A stretch of 64,000 nt of DNA, from positions 1-64,000 of the forward strand of contig JAHLWZ010000848.1 of the NCBI GenBank assembly GCA_020536535.1, in the 5' to 3' direction. A program made the translations under genes and the position numbers. The notes under the pieces were generated by a model that saw only the letters and a program-made list of their open reading frames with translations, was not told the origin of the DNA and searched no databases. The stretch comes from Pelomyxa schiedti (lineage: Eukaryota > Protista > Evosea). Shown piece by piece: positions 14,301-25,827 of the stretch (its first letter is position 1; each line of letters starts with the position of its first letter).

Positions 14301-15499
14301 CGGAGTACCTCAAATCCTTTGGAGCGCCGAAGGAGCGCATGCAGGGCAACACAAAGATTGGGTGAAATTATACATGTTTTGGGTGTGCTGCTTAGGTTAC
14401 AGTCGCAGTAACAGTGGCGCTTCAAACATTGCAAAGCTGGGGGAAAAAGTATGTTACTGTCGCCAGTGGCTAAAGCATCTGTGGTGAAGGTATTTGTTAT
14501 CAGTGCCAGCTTCTCAGTGAGTCTTAATGGTAAGTCTATCTTCAAAAGGGTTGCGGCCCACTCCACGTCCCAAGTGCGAGTCCAGCGAAGTTGCTGCCTA
14601 CAATTAACCTGCAACAGCCTGCATACCGCGTTGGCTAGTTCTGGCCCCCCCTGCTCTCTTTGCCAGTCAGACCAAGAACTGAAGTCCCGAATCTTTCTGT
14701 CAACCTCGAACAGGAGGTCCTTCGTGGTGGCACCCACCTTGCGCAACGAGGCCCAGACCTCGCAGGATACAGCCATTATGTGCAGCGAGACTGATCCCCA
14801 TCGGGAAAGCACAGCTTCAACTGCCGCTTCGACCTCCATCGTAGTGTATCGGCACAGACTAACCTGGGCAGCATGTGCCTCGAGAACCAAAAGACTGAGG
14901 CACTGCCCTGCAGGCACAATCACGCTCGGGGCGGGTGCGGTCTTGTATGCCCTGAACGCCCTCACCACCCAGGGGAGCATTCCCCATAATCTGTAGATCA
15001 CGCCCTTGTCGGCGTCGTACGTCTGGCCCTCGCCCTCGCCGTAGCCCTCGCACTTGAGGGTGACCGTGCATGGCGGCGAGGGCTGAGGCGAGGGAGCAAA
15101 CGACGAACGGAGCTTACGGCGGGCGCGGAGCAGGGAAAGCATGGAGTGGAGGGCCGAGAGCGAGGAGCTCAGGCGCAGGCGGTCGATTTCGTGGAGGTCG
15201 AGCTGCCGGGCTCGCCTGCCGTTGCACCCGCCGACGGTCTTGTCTACCAGGGCGATCCAGCGGGCCCAGGGCACCGCGGCCAGCCGCGGGGGGCCGCGGG
15301 CAGGCGGGCCCGGGGAGGCGGAGGCGGCCCTGGGCTCCGGCACTGGCCCGCGGAGGAGAGGGAGGGCGCAGGTGGCCTGGATGGACTGGTACTCGCCGAT
15401 GAGGTCCTTGGTCGCCTGCAAGGCCCCGTCCACATTGCAGGCCGTTGTCGACGAAACCACCGACTCAACGTAGTTTTTGTGTGGCTCCCGATCAGACAT
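11342..15499 (-). CDS. Large uninterrupted ORF: ARM/HEAT-like repeats, UBR-box-like Zn finger, degenerate small-GTPase-like domain, Cys-rich tail
   Basis: About 1385 codons from ATG 15499; helical Leu/Val-rich repeats; FHSCITC..YCRGC...H.RH.....CCC; VGETTAL/ALRSADAAVLL/LLDNRVE. The 3' end may splice on to ~11122. Confidence 0.75.
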   Translation of the reverse strand: MSDREPHKNYVESVVSSTTACNVDGALQATKDLIGEYQSIQATCALPLLRGPVPEPRAASASPGPPARGPPRLAAVPWARWIALVDKTVGGCNGRRARQLDLHEIDRLRLSSSLSALHSMLSLLRARRKLRSSFAPSPQPSPPCTVTLKCEGYGEGEGQTYDADKGVIYRLWGMLPWVVRAFRAYKTAPAPSVIVPAGQCLSLLVLEAHAAQVSLCRYTTMEVEAAVEAVLSRWGSVSLHIMAVSCEVWASLRKVGATTKDLLFEVDRKIRDFSSWSDWQREQGGPELANAVCRLLQVNCRQQLRWTRTWDVEWAATLLKIDLPLRLTEKLALITNTFTTDALATGDSNILFPPALQCLKRHCYCDCNLSSTPKTCIISPNLCVALHALLRRSKGFEVLRSYLSGGFMEVVVVVLNSHPYNVDVQIVCCQIMLVLLRAPHRQFSTIYPAVQAVLKAIYRMGAFQHFALSVLLALVNYPRFESHRAVLDTMLSLRTISDTAWEVIAHVSECHLEVNEAVKILHDLVGFLRSTSTALPKLPGYAVKVVSHTICYIGESAAALQDISWISEAFFSLYRQCNPFSHSEVCTFIECMAVLSVPHLVDMGALDILVAVLVDSKSIVTGCKAVLRLVQDNLMKDIVASKMKPVVITAIEMLGSTPTTSEVYYLWRTLAAFITSEQSTYVPSELQPVITAMLSGEFSILSHRAYEHMLLLSKSESSSFLPVMQNIPELFPRHSFSKTAADLVDMMTTSLSKDCRNSLSIPLPLVELLLEFVLSVDGYISQSTWRSLLQLIKFKSGLEEALKLGIIDMLPHLAENIKKKEKQIQQEALEMLVRTFNYLQPHNIPRETFLGYIQVLLEQFSYLQRVSFNAVWRGIACYFLGSSSGTLWEDVLLVMKKYPGLFKVQILALKTLHHSLSLEQVKAVNPSIEIIASILSKEGKLSRNARWCKWAFRVVAQLHPSYLVCNVVELVRREFVSFCFGALCPSQAKLCSSALKTLCFISSTPFGCEAINSFCNVGKIITKMKTCNPNTVEPLLYLLKKSVHDTPSAQSAQSQLDKLPILESFSMYSKAHKLYIDVYTKLLRYSTPSPPKFGAPAPPNSAGGKICQSHDPDTLCFACYHFNQFHSCITCDGPSSSRNYCRGCIAASHYRHEISPPKLLVATCCCAPVGETTALTILVPDPIYPFFSMDLPNALQAALPQACGLGPGQLEVHPPQTAVHIPDARRCLLIRVHTQRHYDIHRVAGALRSADAAVLLLCAARFPRVGRGSFLHSLLPLALDRIGRFLCPSPTLLRILLDNRVEILEGPGPSSYPCTQQSLRTQPQYTKGVKCVYEVPLSVCKHCWMQFDRCKCPVVDNYWCRGTGIIISKCTCGCRQRVLDIQSGR

Positions 15500-15717
15500 T
15501 CTCCCAAATGGTTGTAGTAGTACGAATTTTGCACCCCACAACTGCCTCTGCTATCCCCCGAAGATGTGCTCCAGTCTGATGGGAGGGCCAATGATTTTAG
15601 GTGCCTACCTATAATAGGGCCAAGTTTCCCATTTATGCTGTTATTCTCGGATCTTGCCAATAGAAATAGATTTGAAAGATAAACAGACAATTCGACACTA
15701 CACAACGAACCACAGAC

Positions 15718-18700
15718 CTAGGAATTCGCAGCGGCAGCTGTTTCCGGTGCCTTCTCCTCGACGTCTGTTTGGCGTGTGAAACAGAGGGGGCAGTTCAATC
15801 GGCGCTTCGTTCCGGCAATAAGAGGAGCAAAACGGTTGCGTGGCTCGGGCTTATTTGCACCCTCGGCTGGCTTAGCGGGTGCTGTTGGTTCTGCTGCTTG
15901 TTCTTCTTGTGCTTTTGCGGCGGCTTGTGCGGCTACTTGTTGCTGTGGTGAAAGAAATGTGTGAGTGTTGCGGAGTGGATGTGTCTATCGACAATACCAT
16001 GCACTTCAAATGAGCGGCATGACCACAGTAGAAAAATATACAGTTCTCAGTCGTCCTGGGTTGCATGACTTCGGCGGAACATCCCAGGCATTTCACTTTC
16101 ATATTCATTCTAAACCCACGGATCAGGCTGGTAAAAAGCTTGCGGAATAGTTTGACATTGTCGGACTTGAGCAAGGCATTGCCACTAACCCGCACAAATT
16201 CCTACGGTACATGGTGTTACTCCCATAAAGCTTTCCCAATAAAGAATAGAATACTTCAGTACTGTGTTCAGTCAAAAGTTGAATTAGACTGGATTGAATT
16301 CCTTTCGGTATCATGTCTTGTGGGAGACTGTTTTCCAAAGGGACAGTTGAGTACAAAAACGGAAGATAAACGCTTACTTCATCAGCAGTTTTCTGGGATT
16401 CACATGTGCGCCACCCATATTCTTCAGAAGAATATTTATATAATTATACTCTGGAGGCGCCATGATAGCATGTTTAATAAGATCATCCCACAGCTGTGGG
16501 TCCTTCTGTTCCTTGACGAAACGTAGTGCCTAGGGAGGGGTGGTGGCAAACTCAAAACATTAAGGGACGTACATGCGTGATATCAGAAAGCTCCGTCATA
16601 TAGATATGCAGGGCCTTATTAATAGCGCCTGACTTGGTGTAGATGAAGGCTTGCTCCTTGTGTAGTTTATAGTGACAGCAGACTTCGGCACCTAACAACT
16701 CGTTAGAAAACAGGAGAAGAGTACGAACAGTACATGCATCTGCCGGATATGAGTTACTGGCACGTAGAAATCTTATCAAAGAATGTCTTCCATATTCTTT
16801 CTTTGGCGTAGGCACTTGGGAAGTGTCATCGACATTTATTGTTACAGGTGAGGTGGTTGAAGTTGCTGTGGTGGTGGTTGCAGATACAGCTGCATCTGTG
16901 GAAGCCGGTGTGGCTGTAGAGGTGGATGTGGCTGCGGCTGTGGCTGGGTCTGCAGCTGTGGCTGTGGCCTCGTCAGGAGTTGTAGAAAGGACTGTGGATG
17001 TGGGTGCAGCTGTGGTTAATGCAGCCGTGTCTGTGGTTATTATCACTGCAGTGGAAGTTTTATCTGGGGCTTCTGTTGTGGTAACCGCCTCCAACGGCGT
17101 TGGTGCAGCTGGAACTCCGGCCGCCGGAGAGGAGTTGGTAGATGAGTCAGCAGTGGCAGAACTTTGTTCTGCCGGTAGAGAAACGGTTTCTGACGTCTCC
17201 ACAGTGCCATTTCTGTCTGCTGGAATGGTGGCCTTTTCTTGTGTGTCGGTGGATTTTTCAGGTGCTGAATCTGTCGGGATGATCGCTGGTTCGGAGGTCT
17301 TCTCGGGAGTGAGATGAGGCCCCTTTTCTGCTTCTGCACCACCATTCGTAACAGGTTGTGGAGGTTCCATGGGTGTAAGTGCCTCTGAAATAGAGCTACT
17401 TGTCCCTGTAGCTGATAGAATATCTTCAGTGGAAATGACTGTAGTTTCTTGTGTGGAAGAATCAGTGGAAAGCATTGAAGTTGCAGCCGAAACAGCTGTC
17501 GAACTAGCACCACTGAGAATAGAGGCAAAAGAGTCCATTAAATTATCAGACTTCTTCAAATTGGTTTCAGGTGTCACAGCTGACGCAGAAGTGAGAGTAG
17601 TCGATTCAGGTTTTTCGACATGTTCTCCTTCAACAGGGGGGGAATCTGGGAGTTCAGGGCTGGAGTTTTCACTTGCAACCGTGTCAGTTGGAGGAGGTGG
17701 AAGGGCTTCCTGAGGGGGGTAGTTTTCTGAAATGTACTGGGCATACATCTCCACTTGGAGTTTGCTCATTTCAGGGCCAAGATCATAAGTTGAGCCATAT
17801 CTTACAAAGAGTTTGTGCATGTATTTGAGCAAGTGAGGACGAAATTCCTCATTGTTTAATTGGGTCACAACTTGATGGGGCTTATTGAAGTGTTATTCGT
17901 AAAATGAGCACTAAAAATTACATTAATTTTGTCTGCATGCTTAATGAGCATCCTCAATGCTTTTTCAGGATTGATGCTCAGTAAAGCTGCTATTTGGGTT
18001 TCCACAGATTTGAAAAGCTTGTACTTCTTTATGTGGCGAAAAATTGGGCCTTGTCCAGCTTTTAGAAAAACGAGAAGGGCTTTGTCATGCTCGTTGGTTT
18101 TGGAATAGCTTTATGTATTGGAAATGGAATTAGTCAGAATTTCTTTTCTAGAGCTGTGAATGATACATTTCAGCTAGTGCTTGAAGTAGAACTTTAGAGT
18201 TTGGGGTGGCTTCTAAACCTCTGCAGCAGTATATTAATAAAATAACTTTGTGGAACAGCTCACTTGTTGATAACTTCCATGATTGTTGGAATATTGTAGA
18301 CAGTATGTGGCCACTTTTTAATGGCACTCAAAAATGTTGGAAACTCCGAATCTGCAAACGCATCAGACACCGTTCACACCAATGATACTATTTCATACTG
18401 GAAACTAGTGAAGTTAAAACCAGTTCATAGTAAATTGAGTCCAACACGGGATTTTCAGTTGGAATGTATCGGGCGAGATCCTATTTTCAAATTATTTGGA
18501 ACTAATATCATCCTTCCAACCTGCAATGCACCAAGTTCCTCAAAGCGCTGAGTCCATTTCTCCCAAGCAGCTTTATCTTGCCGGAGAATAAGAGGGCACA
18601 TGGACGCAGCTCGCTTTAATTTATTACTCTCTTTGACAGTTAGAGGTTGTAGATAAGACATTTCGCACCTATGAGTTTGGACATGTACAAGTCCCCGACA

Positions 18701-21034
18701 TCACTCAGCTTCCATTTTGTAACCTGATTCTCATTAACATCGATATCCCTAAGTGCCTCATAGAACCTGACAAAGAAAGGAGGGTTAAGAAGAAAAAGTT
18801 ATGTGTTGCTCCGCACCTATGTGCACGCAGAAGGTAGTCAATATGGTCGTCATTGTCACATTTTCCAGCAATAAGAATCTCGTTTGGGGTGACAACATAA
18901 AATGTCGGAGTTGGAATCAATATGAAATCAAACAGTACGTAATCTGCCTATTATAGAGCAAGTTTATTTCTTATACTTTCCCTCATGTTGCACCTTCAGT
19001 GTGTCTACAGCACTCACAGGAAGGGCATCTGCACTGAGTTCTTCTCCTCTTCTATTGATCACGCATAGTAATGGATACGGGTTGTCATTGTCTATGGCGC
19101 GGATAGTAATAAAGAAGTTTCCAAATGGGGCAATTGCTTGAGCCACGTTAGTTGTAAAACACCTGTTATTGATAAATAAACAGTTAAGAGTTCATGTAAC
19201 TGCAAGCTACATTGACGCTTCATGGTGTCCTTTTTTATCCTATAAAATGATAAGAGACATTGAGGTTACTTTTACCTCACCAATTTAATCTTCATCACCG
19301 TTCGATCATAGTTAACAATAAGAGCCGAGTTAGTCTCCCAAGAGAGGCAGCATATGGTACAAGGAGACGGGAAAACTTGCTTGAAGGTTGCCAAATTCGT
19401 CTGAGTGTTAAAAACTACAACTTTATTTGTTGTAGCATACGCAATGTACTTTCTGTAAAGCCATTTAAAAAGCATTTCTTCTGAATAAAGAGTACCCTTT
19501 CCATTTTAGGGCTAAGACATTATCTGGAGATTCTGAAAGAACTTTATCAACAGTGCGTTGCATTCCCATCACTGTTCGAATTTCACGAAGGACCACAGAA
19601 TTTGCAGTTGCAAAGCAAATCTTTTTGCACAGTCATATACATTATTTTAGTTGTCTAGTACCTTTTTCGTGTCCTGGCCAAATTTACGAGAGGAAAACTT
19701 TGGGTGGAGTGCAACAAAAGATACTGGCTTGTGTGCATCAAAGTTCATTGTGCTTATGTTAGGTGGTTCCCCAGCAGACACAATAATATTTCCTTAATGA
19801 TGTGACTGGACACAAGTTTTGGGCAGGAAAACCATCACTATAGCAGCTAGCAACGGCATTGCCAGAAATTTCGGTACTCACATAATTTACTGGGTGGGGA
19901 TTTGGGCTAAAATTAGATTAGTGAAACCATGGTTTTAGTGAGGGAAAAGAAAAGGGAAAAACTTGTAAAATTTCAAAATGGCTCCACTGAGAGGGTGCAT
20001 GTGTGCAATTGTCCCATCAGTACAACCCATGATCTTTAAGCATTGAATAAAAGAAAAAAATGGATGAAAGATAATTTGGCAGGAAGTATACCAAAAAATC
20101 TCTATGACAAACAATACATGAAGGGCGAGGGTGCTGAAGGAGGAATGTTGGTACAGCTCCTGCTCCTTCCTGAAAGTGTGGGTTATTGGAGCATTTAGAA
20201 GTGATATTTTATAAATCTCACTTGCCATTCTCTTGTATTTCAATTGTGGTTCCTCTTTGCCTTCAATTTCCTCCTCCAAGTCCGATTCTAATTCAACTGG
20301 ACTATTTGTAAAAAAACAAAAGTGTGGCCCTATGAGAAGAAACCAGGATCGAAGTGAACTTCTTCTTCTGCTGCATCATCTTCATCTTCATTTTCATCCT
20401 CGTCAACCTCTTCCTCTGATTCAGACCCATCTTCATCACTCTTCTTGACTTTTTGACGGGTCTCCTTTACCATGGCTGCTTTCTTTGCTTTTGCCTGAGC
20501 CAGTAAATAAGAGAAAATAAGTAGTGGAATGATGGAACGAAGCGAACGCACTAGCTCCTTTGGGTCGCCGGTAAAAGTAGACTTTGGTGGCAGGGTCAAA
20601 ACATCGTCTTCTCCCAGGATGCCGACAGTGATATTACTGGTCAATTTCGTCAGTGGCATCAAGCGCTTGTCCAACGCAAGCCGCTGCTCATTGACAGACC
20701 CAAGAAGCTTTCTTCCCAAGCTGAGTGTCGATGAAATTGACACCCCGGTGGCGCTGCCGTTGTCGTCGTACCCAAAAAAGCTAAACCCAAATCCTGACGA
20801 TTTGGTGGACCCGCCCTTGCCGTCGATAACTATTGGAGGCAGCGTAGAGCTCGAAGCGGCCAGGAAGTTCTCGAGAGACTCCGAATCTCCCGTAGGCGCC
20901 TCGGGAGGCGAGGCCGCGGACTCGGCCGACGATGGCGCGCTGGGCGCAGGGGTGTCGATGACAATAGAAGGAAGCGTGAGAGCACTAGATCCGAGGAGAT
21001 CTTCGAGCGAGCCTGTCTCTGGTGCCCCAGCCAT
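15718..21034 (-). CDS. VPS41: HOPS subunit Vps41 (WD40, clathrin repeat, RING-H2)
   Basis: EEPQLKYKRM, DDHIDYLL, MCPLIL..DKAAWEKW, QDPQLW; RING CLGC..CGHAAH.KC completed by CPLC in the last exon (stop at 15718). Confidence 0.88.
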
Positions 21035-21236
21035 TTTCCGCCACGAAGAACCAAACAAGAAATCGTTTGGTAAAAACTGGTTGTTTATCTGTTCACTTCA
21101 GCGAAATCCACTGCACTCACACACCGAAAGTCACTTTGAGTTCTGAACGGTGCTTGAGAGTTTCTCTACGTCGCAGTGTGTTCGTGAGCCTTAGAGAGTT
21201 GGCTCGATGCCCCAGTTCCGAAACTGCGTGGGAAAG

Positions 21237-22650
21237 ATGAAACCGAATTCTCCGAAACATCAGAGCAATAACAATACGATGGAGCATGAGGAGGGTATTA
21301 ATAAAGGGGCGGAGAACGGGACCGTAGGGGGCACAGGAGAGCCGAGTAACACGAGCACAGATCTAAGGGAAGAATGTGCACCATCACCTAAACGGAGGCG
21401 TGCGGGACCACTTGTCCAGTCTCCGTCATTGGGGGTTTGTCTTTTTTTTTTTTTTTTTTTTTGGTTTGTTTTAATGACATATTCGTCATACAAAGTAGGG
21501 AGGTGAAGCTGAAGGAAACAAGGATATACTAGTTCAACGCGCCGTAAAAATTCATGAGACGGCAATTTCACACAAAATAGGGGAAGTTCTGGCAGTATGT
21601 CCAAGTACTTCTTTGTGCCAAGCATAAACCAACAAAAAAAGATGAAATGGTTCAACTCTTATTATCTTCCTAGATTGCTGATACTGCCAAGAATGACGCA
21701 ACAACGTATTTTAAGTCCCTTCATCTTATTCTCGATAGATTACACACCAACGCACTCGAGGAAATAGAAAAAAACAAAGCGGTAGCAAATTTCTATAAAG
21801 AGGTGATAGGCCTTACTATCTTCAGGAGGCATTGCAACAACTTTTCAACCCCTGTAAAGCTGTGGCATTATGCCAATCAAAGCAACAAGTACGGTGCCAC
21901 ACTTAGGACTGCATTCCTGTTCAAATTAACCCTACAAGTTCCTTCTCCCTTTGCTCTAGTTTGCCCCCGTCTTCCCTGTAAATAGATTTGAGTTACTCTT
22001 GAAACACTATCTTGGTAGTACGGCTGTTGTAGGTACTTATTTCGCATTTCTTATTCTTCTTACGTATGAGTAGGAACACCATTCACTGCCTTAACACCGC
22101 TTCTTCCTTTAGTTGTACACCATTTACGGTCACCAGACGACCTTAGAGCATGCCGGAATACATGTCTGGCACTGCGCGACGCTGTAGATGAAGGTACAGA
22201 CCAGGCACTTTCACTTTCTAAACTCTAACCTCCGGAGCAGTGTGCCAGCCAACAATCGAAGAGCTAAGTGATAACGTAAGGATACTCACGATACCAGGAG
22301 TGTCATGGCATTGTTCTTCAAGCAAGTGGGAGGAGTACGAGCTCCAAAGCGCGTGGATAGCCGCAATCCACTTCCACTTCGACTTTGTGGGGCTTCTGTT
22401 CCGCCCGTCTACGCTGGACACCGCCAAGTCGGCCACTGTGATGAGCGCCACACTCGTAAGCAGCAGCGGCGCCGCTCTGTCTGACACTGTGACATCGGTT
22501 CTGCCGCCGACGGAGGCAGAGCGAGTCTACAGTGACAACCTGGTCTGGGGGTGGGACAAGTTCGTGACACTCGACCAGTACGACGAAGTACTCACAGAGA
22601 ACGCCATGCACATCCGCGTGGAGGTAAACACAAGGCCCTCTGGCTCCTGA
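21237..22650 (+). CDS. Putative F-box + MATH-like protein
   Basis: NLS-like SPKRRR; F-box-like PLLPLVVHHL..DDLRACRNTC.ALR at ~22100-22190; MATH-like C-terminal strands WGWDKFV...MHIRVEV. Confidence 0.5.
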
Positions 22651-22874
22651 TGTACTTGTCACACGACAACACCTAAACAAGATCAGATTTTGATTTCAAA
22701 ATCCAAAAAGGAAGTGGCTACATTGTGTGTTCAATTCTGTGTTCGCCTAATCCCACTTTTTTTTTTTTGTTCTCTCTTTTCCACACACGAAGTCAGTTGG
22801 CTACTGAAGCGACGCGTAAACCAAACACTAGGCACATAAACAGCACAAATAGAAAAGAGGATATACGTGAGAGA

Positions 22875-25270
22875 ATGAGTAAGTTTGGTGCGCTCAAGTG
22901 CGTGACTTGCGGCAAGTCGGTGTACCATGACCAATTGATCAACCCAGCGCCAACTATCACCATGCACAGAGACTGTTTCAAATGCGTAAAGGTGATATTA
23001 TCACTTGCCCTTTTCTCGTGCTAGTAGTTGAAAAGATTGGAATTTATTTGTTTGCGTTTCTTTTCCTGTGTTATTGTAAAATCTTGTGATCTTGTCAGTG
23101 TTGGATAAATTAATTTTACTCTGAGCGTACTCTTTTCTCTTCTGTATAAGTACTGATATTCACGTAGTGTGGGAAGCAGCTGCATGTTGGCTTCTTTGGA
23201 GAACATGAGAAACAATACTATTGCTTGCATGACTTTAAGGCGCTTTCTGGTAAACCACCTTCAATGGCTGCTGTAACGATGGCAGCTTCTTTCCTTTCGA
23301 AGACAGCTGCAAAAACTACGGCCACCCCAAGTAGTCCTTCTACGGTCAAACCTGCTGTCACTGGAACACCAAAAACCCCTGGTGCACAGTCGACACCAAC
23401 GACCCAAAAGCCTCTCAGCGTTTCCAGCACAATTCCTTCCAGCACACTTAAGCCCGCAACTTCTACAGAGCCTAAAACAACCCCTGCTACAACCACACAA
23501 TCAAGCACACCAACTGAGACTCCTGCTAGTGCTAACAACACGCCATCCGAAACTCATACTCCAGCGCAAACACCTTCTACACCTTCTCAGCCGGAACCGG
23601 AGCGCTCATCACCAACTTCTAAGCCTGCTGTTTCTCCTACTCCTGCAACCAGCACTCCTGTTCAGGCACGTCTGAAAGGAGCACTTTCCGCTTCAGCACC
23701 TCTTACCGGAGGAAGTTCTACAACCGCCAAGCTGACTTCTGCAACCCAAGGTAACAACAGTTACCTCTCCTTTGATATGCTTACTTTATTTTAGTTCCTT
23801 CTGCAGGATCAAATATATCACTGATGGGTTCCGAGCTGGATCTCAGTGCACGGCAGGAAAAAGCCCATAAAGAACCAATGTGGGATGGTGTTGGTAGAGC
23901 TCCAGGCCTTGACATTTGGCGAATAGAAAATTTTCAAGTAAAGCGATGGCCAAAGGAACAATACGGTTCACTCCCTTTTTTCCTTTCTATCATCAACAAG
24001 ATTCAGGTTCTTTCTTTTCTGGAGACAGTTACATTATTTTAAGCACCACGGGGAGAGGAACAGGTTTGAGCTGGGATGTTCATTTCTGGCTAGGTGAATC
24101 CTCTACACCAGACGAAACAGGGACAGCTGCTTTCAAAACTGTGGAGCTGGTGTGCTTTTTGTTCAAGTTTGGGCTTTTCGTAACGCCCTCCCTCAGTATG
24201 ACAGCTTAGGTGGAGGTCCTATCCAACACCGCGAAGTACAAGGACACGAATCTTCGAAATTCCTGAGTTACTTTGGGGGATCCATCACAATCATGGAGGG
24301 TGGAATTGATTCTGGGTTTAAGCAAGCCGAAGAGGTTACAACTGTTGGGGCCAAAATGGAGCCAGTGCTTTACTGGATCAAGGGTACCAGGCGTAGGTGC
24401 AAAGTCTCCAAAGTGCCAACTTCCCGCGACAGCATGAATACTGGTTGTTTGAATTCAATAAATGTGTAACTCTAATTCTCAATACAGGAGGTTAATGACC
24501 TTGGTTTCCTACCTTTCCTCACCTTTGGTTAGACGTCTTTGTTTTGGACCTTGGTACAAAGATATTCCAGTGGAATGGCTCCGGTTCGTCAATGATAGAA
24601 AGAGCTAGAGCACATGCAGTCTGCAATAGCATTTCTTTTTCAAGAGCTGGATTCTGTACAACAAGCACAATTGAACATGACGCCACGGATGAAGAATTCT
24701 GGGGTATAAGCCCACACAGTTTTCTCCTTCACATTTATCTAATTTCTCTGCCATAGCTCCACTTGGAGGCCGTGGCCCGATTAAGGCAGCTGAAGAAGGA
24801 GGACGCGATGATGAAGTGGAAGCTCAATTGGCAACAAAGCCACCGGCTACCTTGTTGCACTTATCAGATGCCTCTGGAACTATGACTTTTGATCTTGTAG
24901 CCACAGGTATTAGTGTCCACTTTTCCCCCACCTACATTTCCCTCAGTCCTTGCGAAATAATACTTACCTCTCTCAACAGGTAACCTCCGCCGGAAAATGT
25001 TGGACTCTAGTGACGCCTATGGTGTGTTGTTTCTCCAAATTGCACCTCTTACTCTAACCCCACTCCAAAAAACCTATTACAGTTTTGGACATAGGGGAAG
25101 AAATATTCGTGTGGATAGGGAGGGGAGCCAGTGTGAACGAGCGAAAATTCGCAATGCAGTATGCAGTCCAGTACCTCCAATCCTCAGGCAAATCGGTGTC
25201 CCTGCCAATTTCGTGCATCAATGAGGGCAATGAACCTGAGGGATTCTTCACTGCCTTCATCTACGAGTGA
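22875..25270 (+). CDS. LIM domain + Pro/Thr/Ser linker + three gelsolin repeats (severin/fragmin-like)
   Basis: LIM CVTC..H..C.KC.KC..C..D; gelsolin motifs [59 protein letters not shown]. Confidence 0.88.
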
Positions 25271-25827
25271 GGGTTGAGAAACATTCCCAAAAAACACCAA
25301 AACCAAACAATACAAGTACAACAGCATTTTTGTTTTGCTTTTAAATATCCTGGGGTGATCAAAATATGGGAGCGTGGTATTCACAGTTACAGGAAGAAGA
25401 GTGCCCACGAAGCTACTACAGATCCTGGCGTTTGTGGTGGGGTGCCTGATCGTTACATAATGCAAGGCGGAGCTTGGCGCAACATCTGCTCGACGTACTC
25501 GAGTGGATCTGCCGGCTTAGCTTCCACCATTTTGATGCATATTTGCGCAAACACCTCTGTAGTTTTTTTTTTAATCAAAAACGACAAATTAGGGCGCATC
25601 TTCAACTGGGGCAGAAGTAGAACCATTCAGTCTGGACTGCTGCACAAACTGCTCGAACTTTTGTGATCTCTTCTTACTGACTACGGCAGCACCAACACCG
25701 ACGCCACTCGTCGCGGCACTTTGCATTTTTCACGTTTTCGCGAAATTCGCGTTTGGTTTCGTTTTGTTGTTTTTGTTGGTTTTTGGCGCGCAGTGGGAAA
25801 ACACTGAGGTGGTGTGATGCTGTTGTG

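Noticed and set aside
25274-25666. 130-aa ORF between the gelsolin and NDK genes
   Set aside because: Non-ATG start, no recognisable motif and no supporting splice structure.
25736-25752. TTTCGCGAAA palindrome (E2F-like site) upstream of the NDK fusion gene
   Set aside because: A single short match that I did not see repeated in other promoters.
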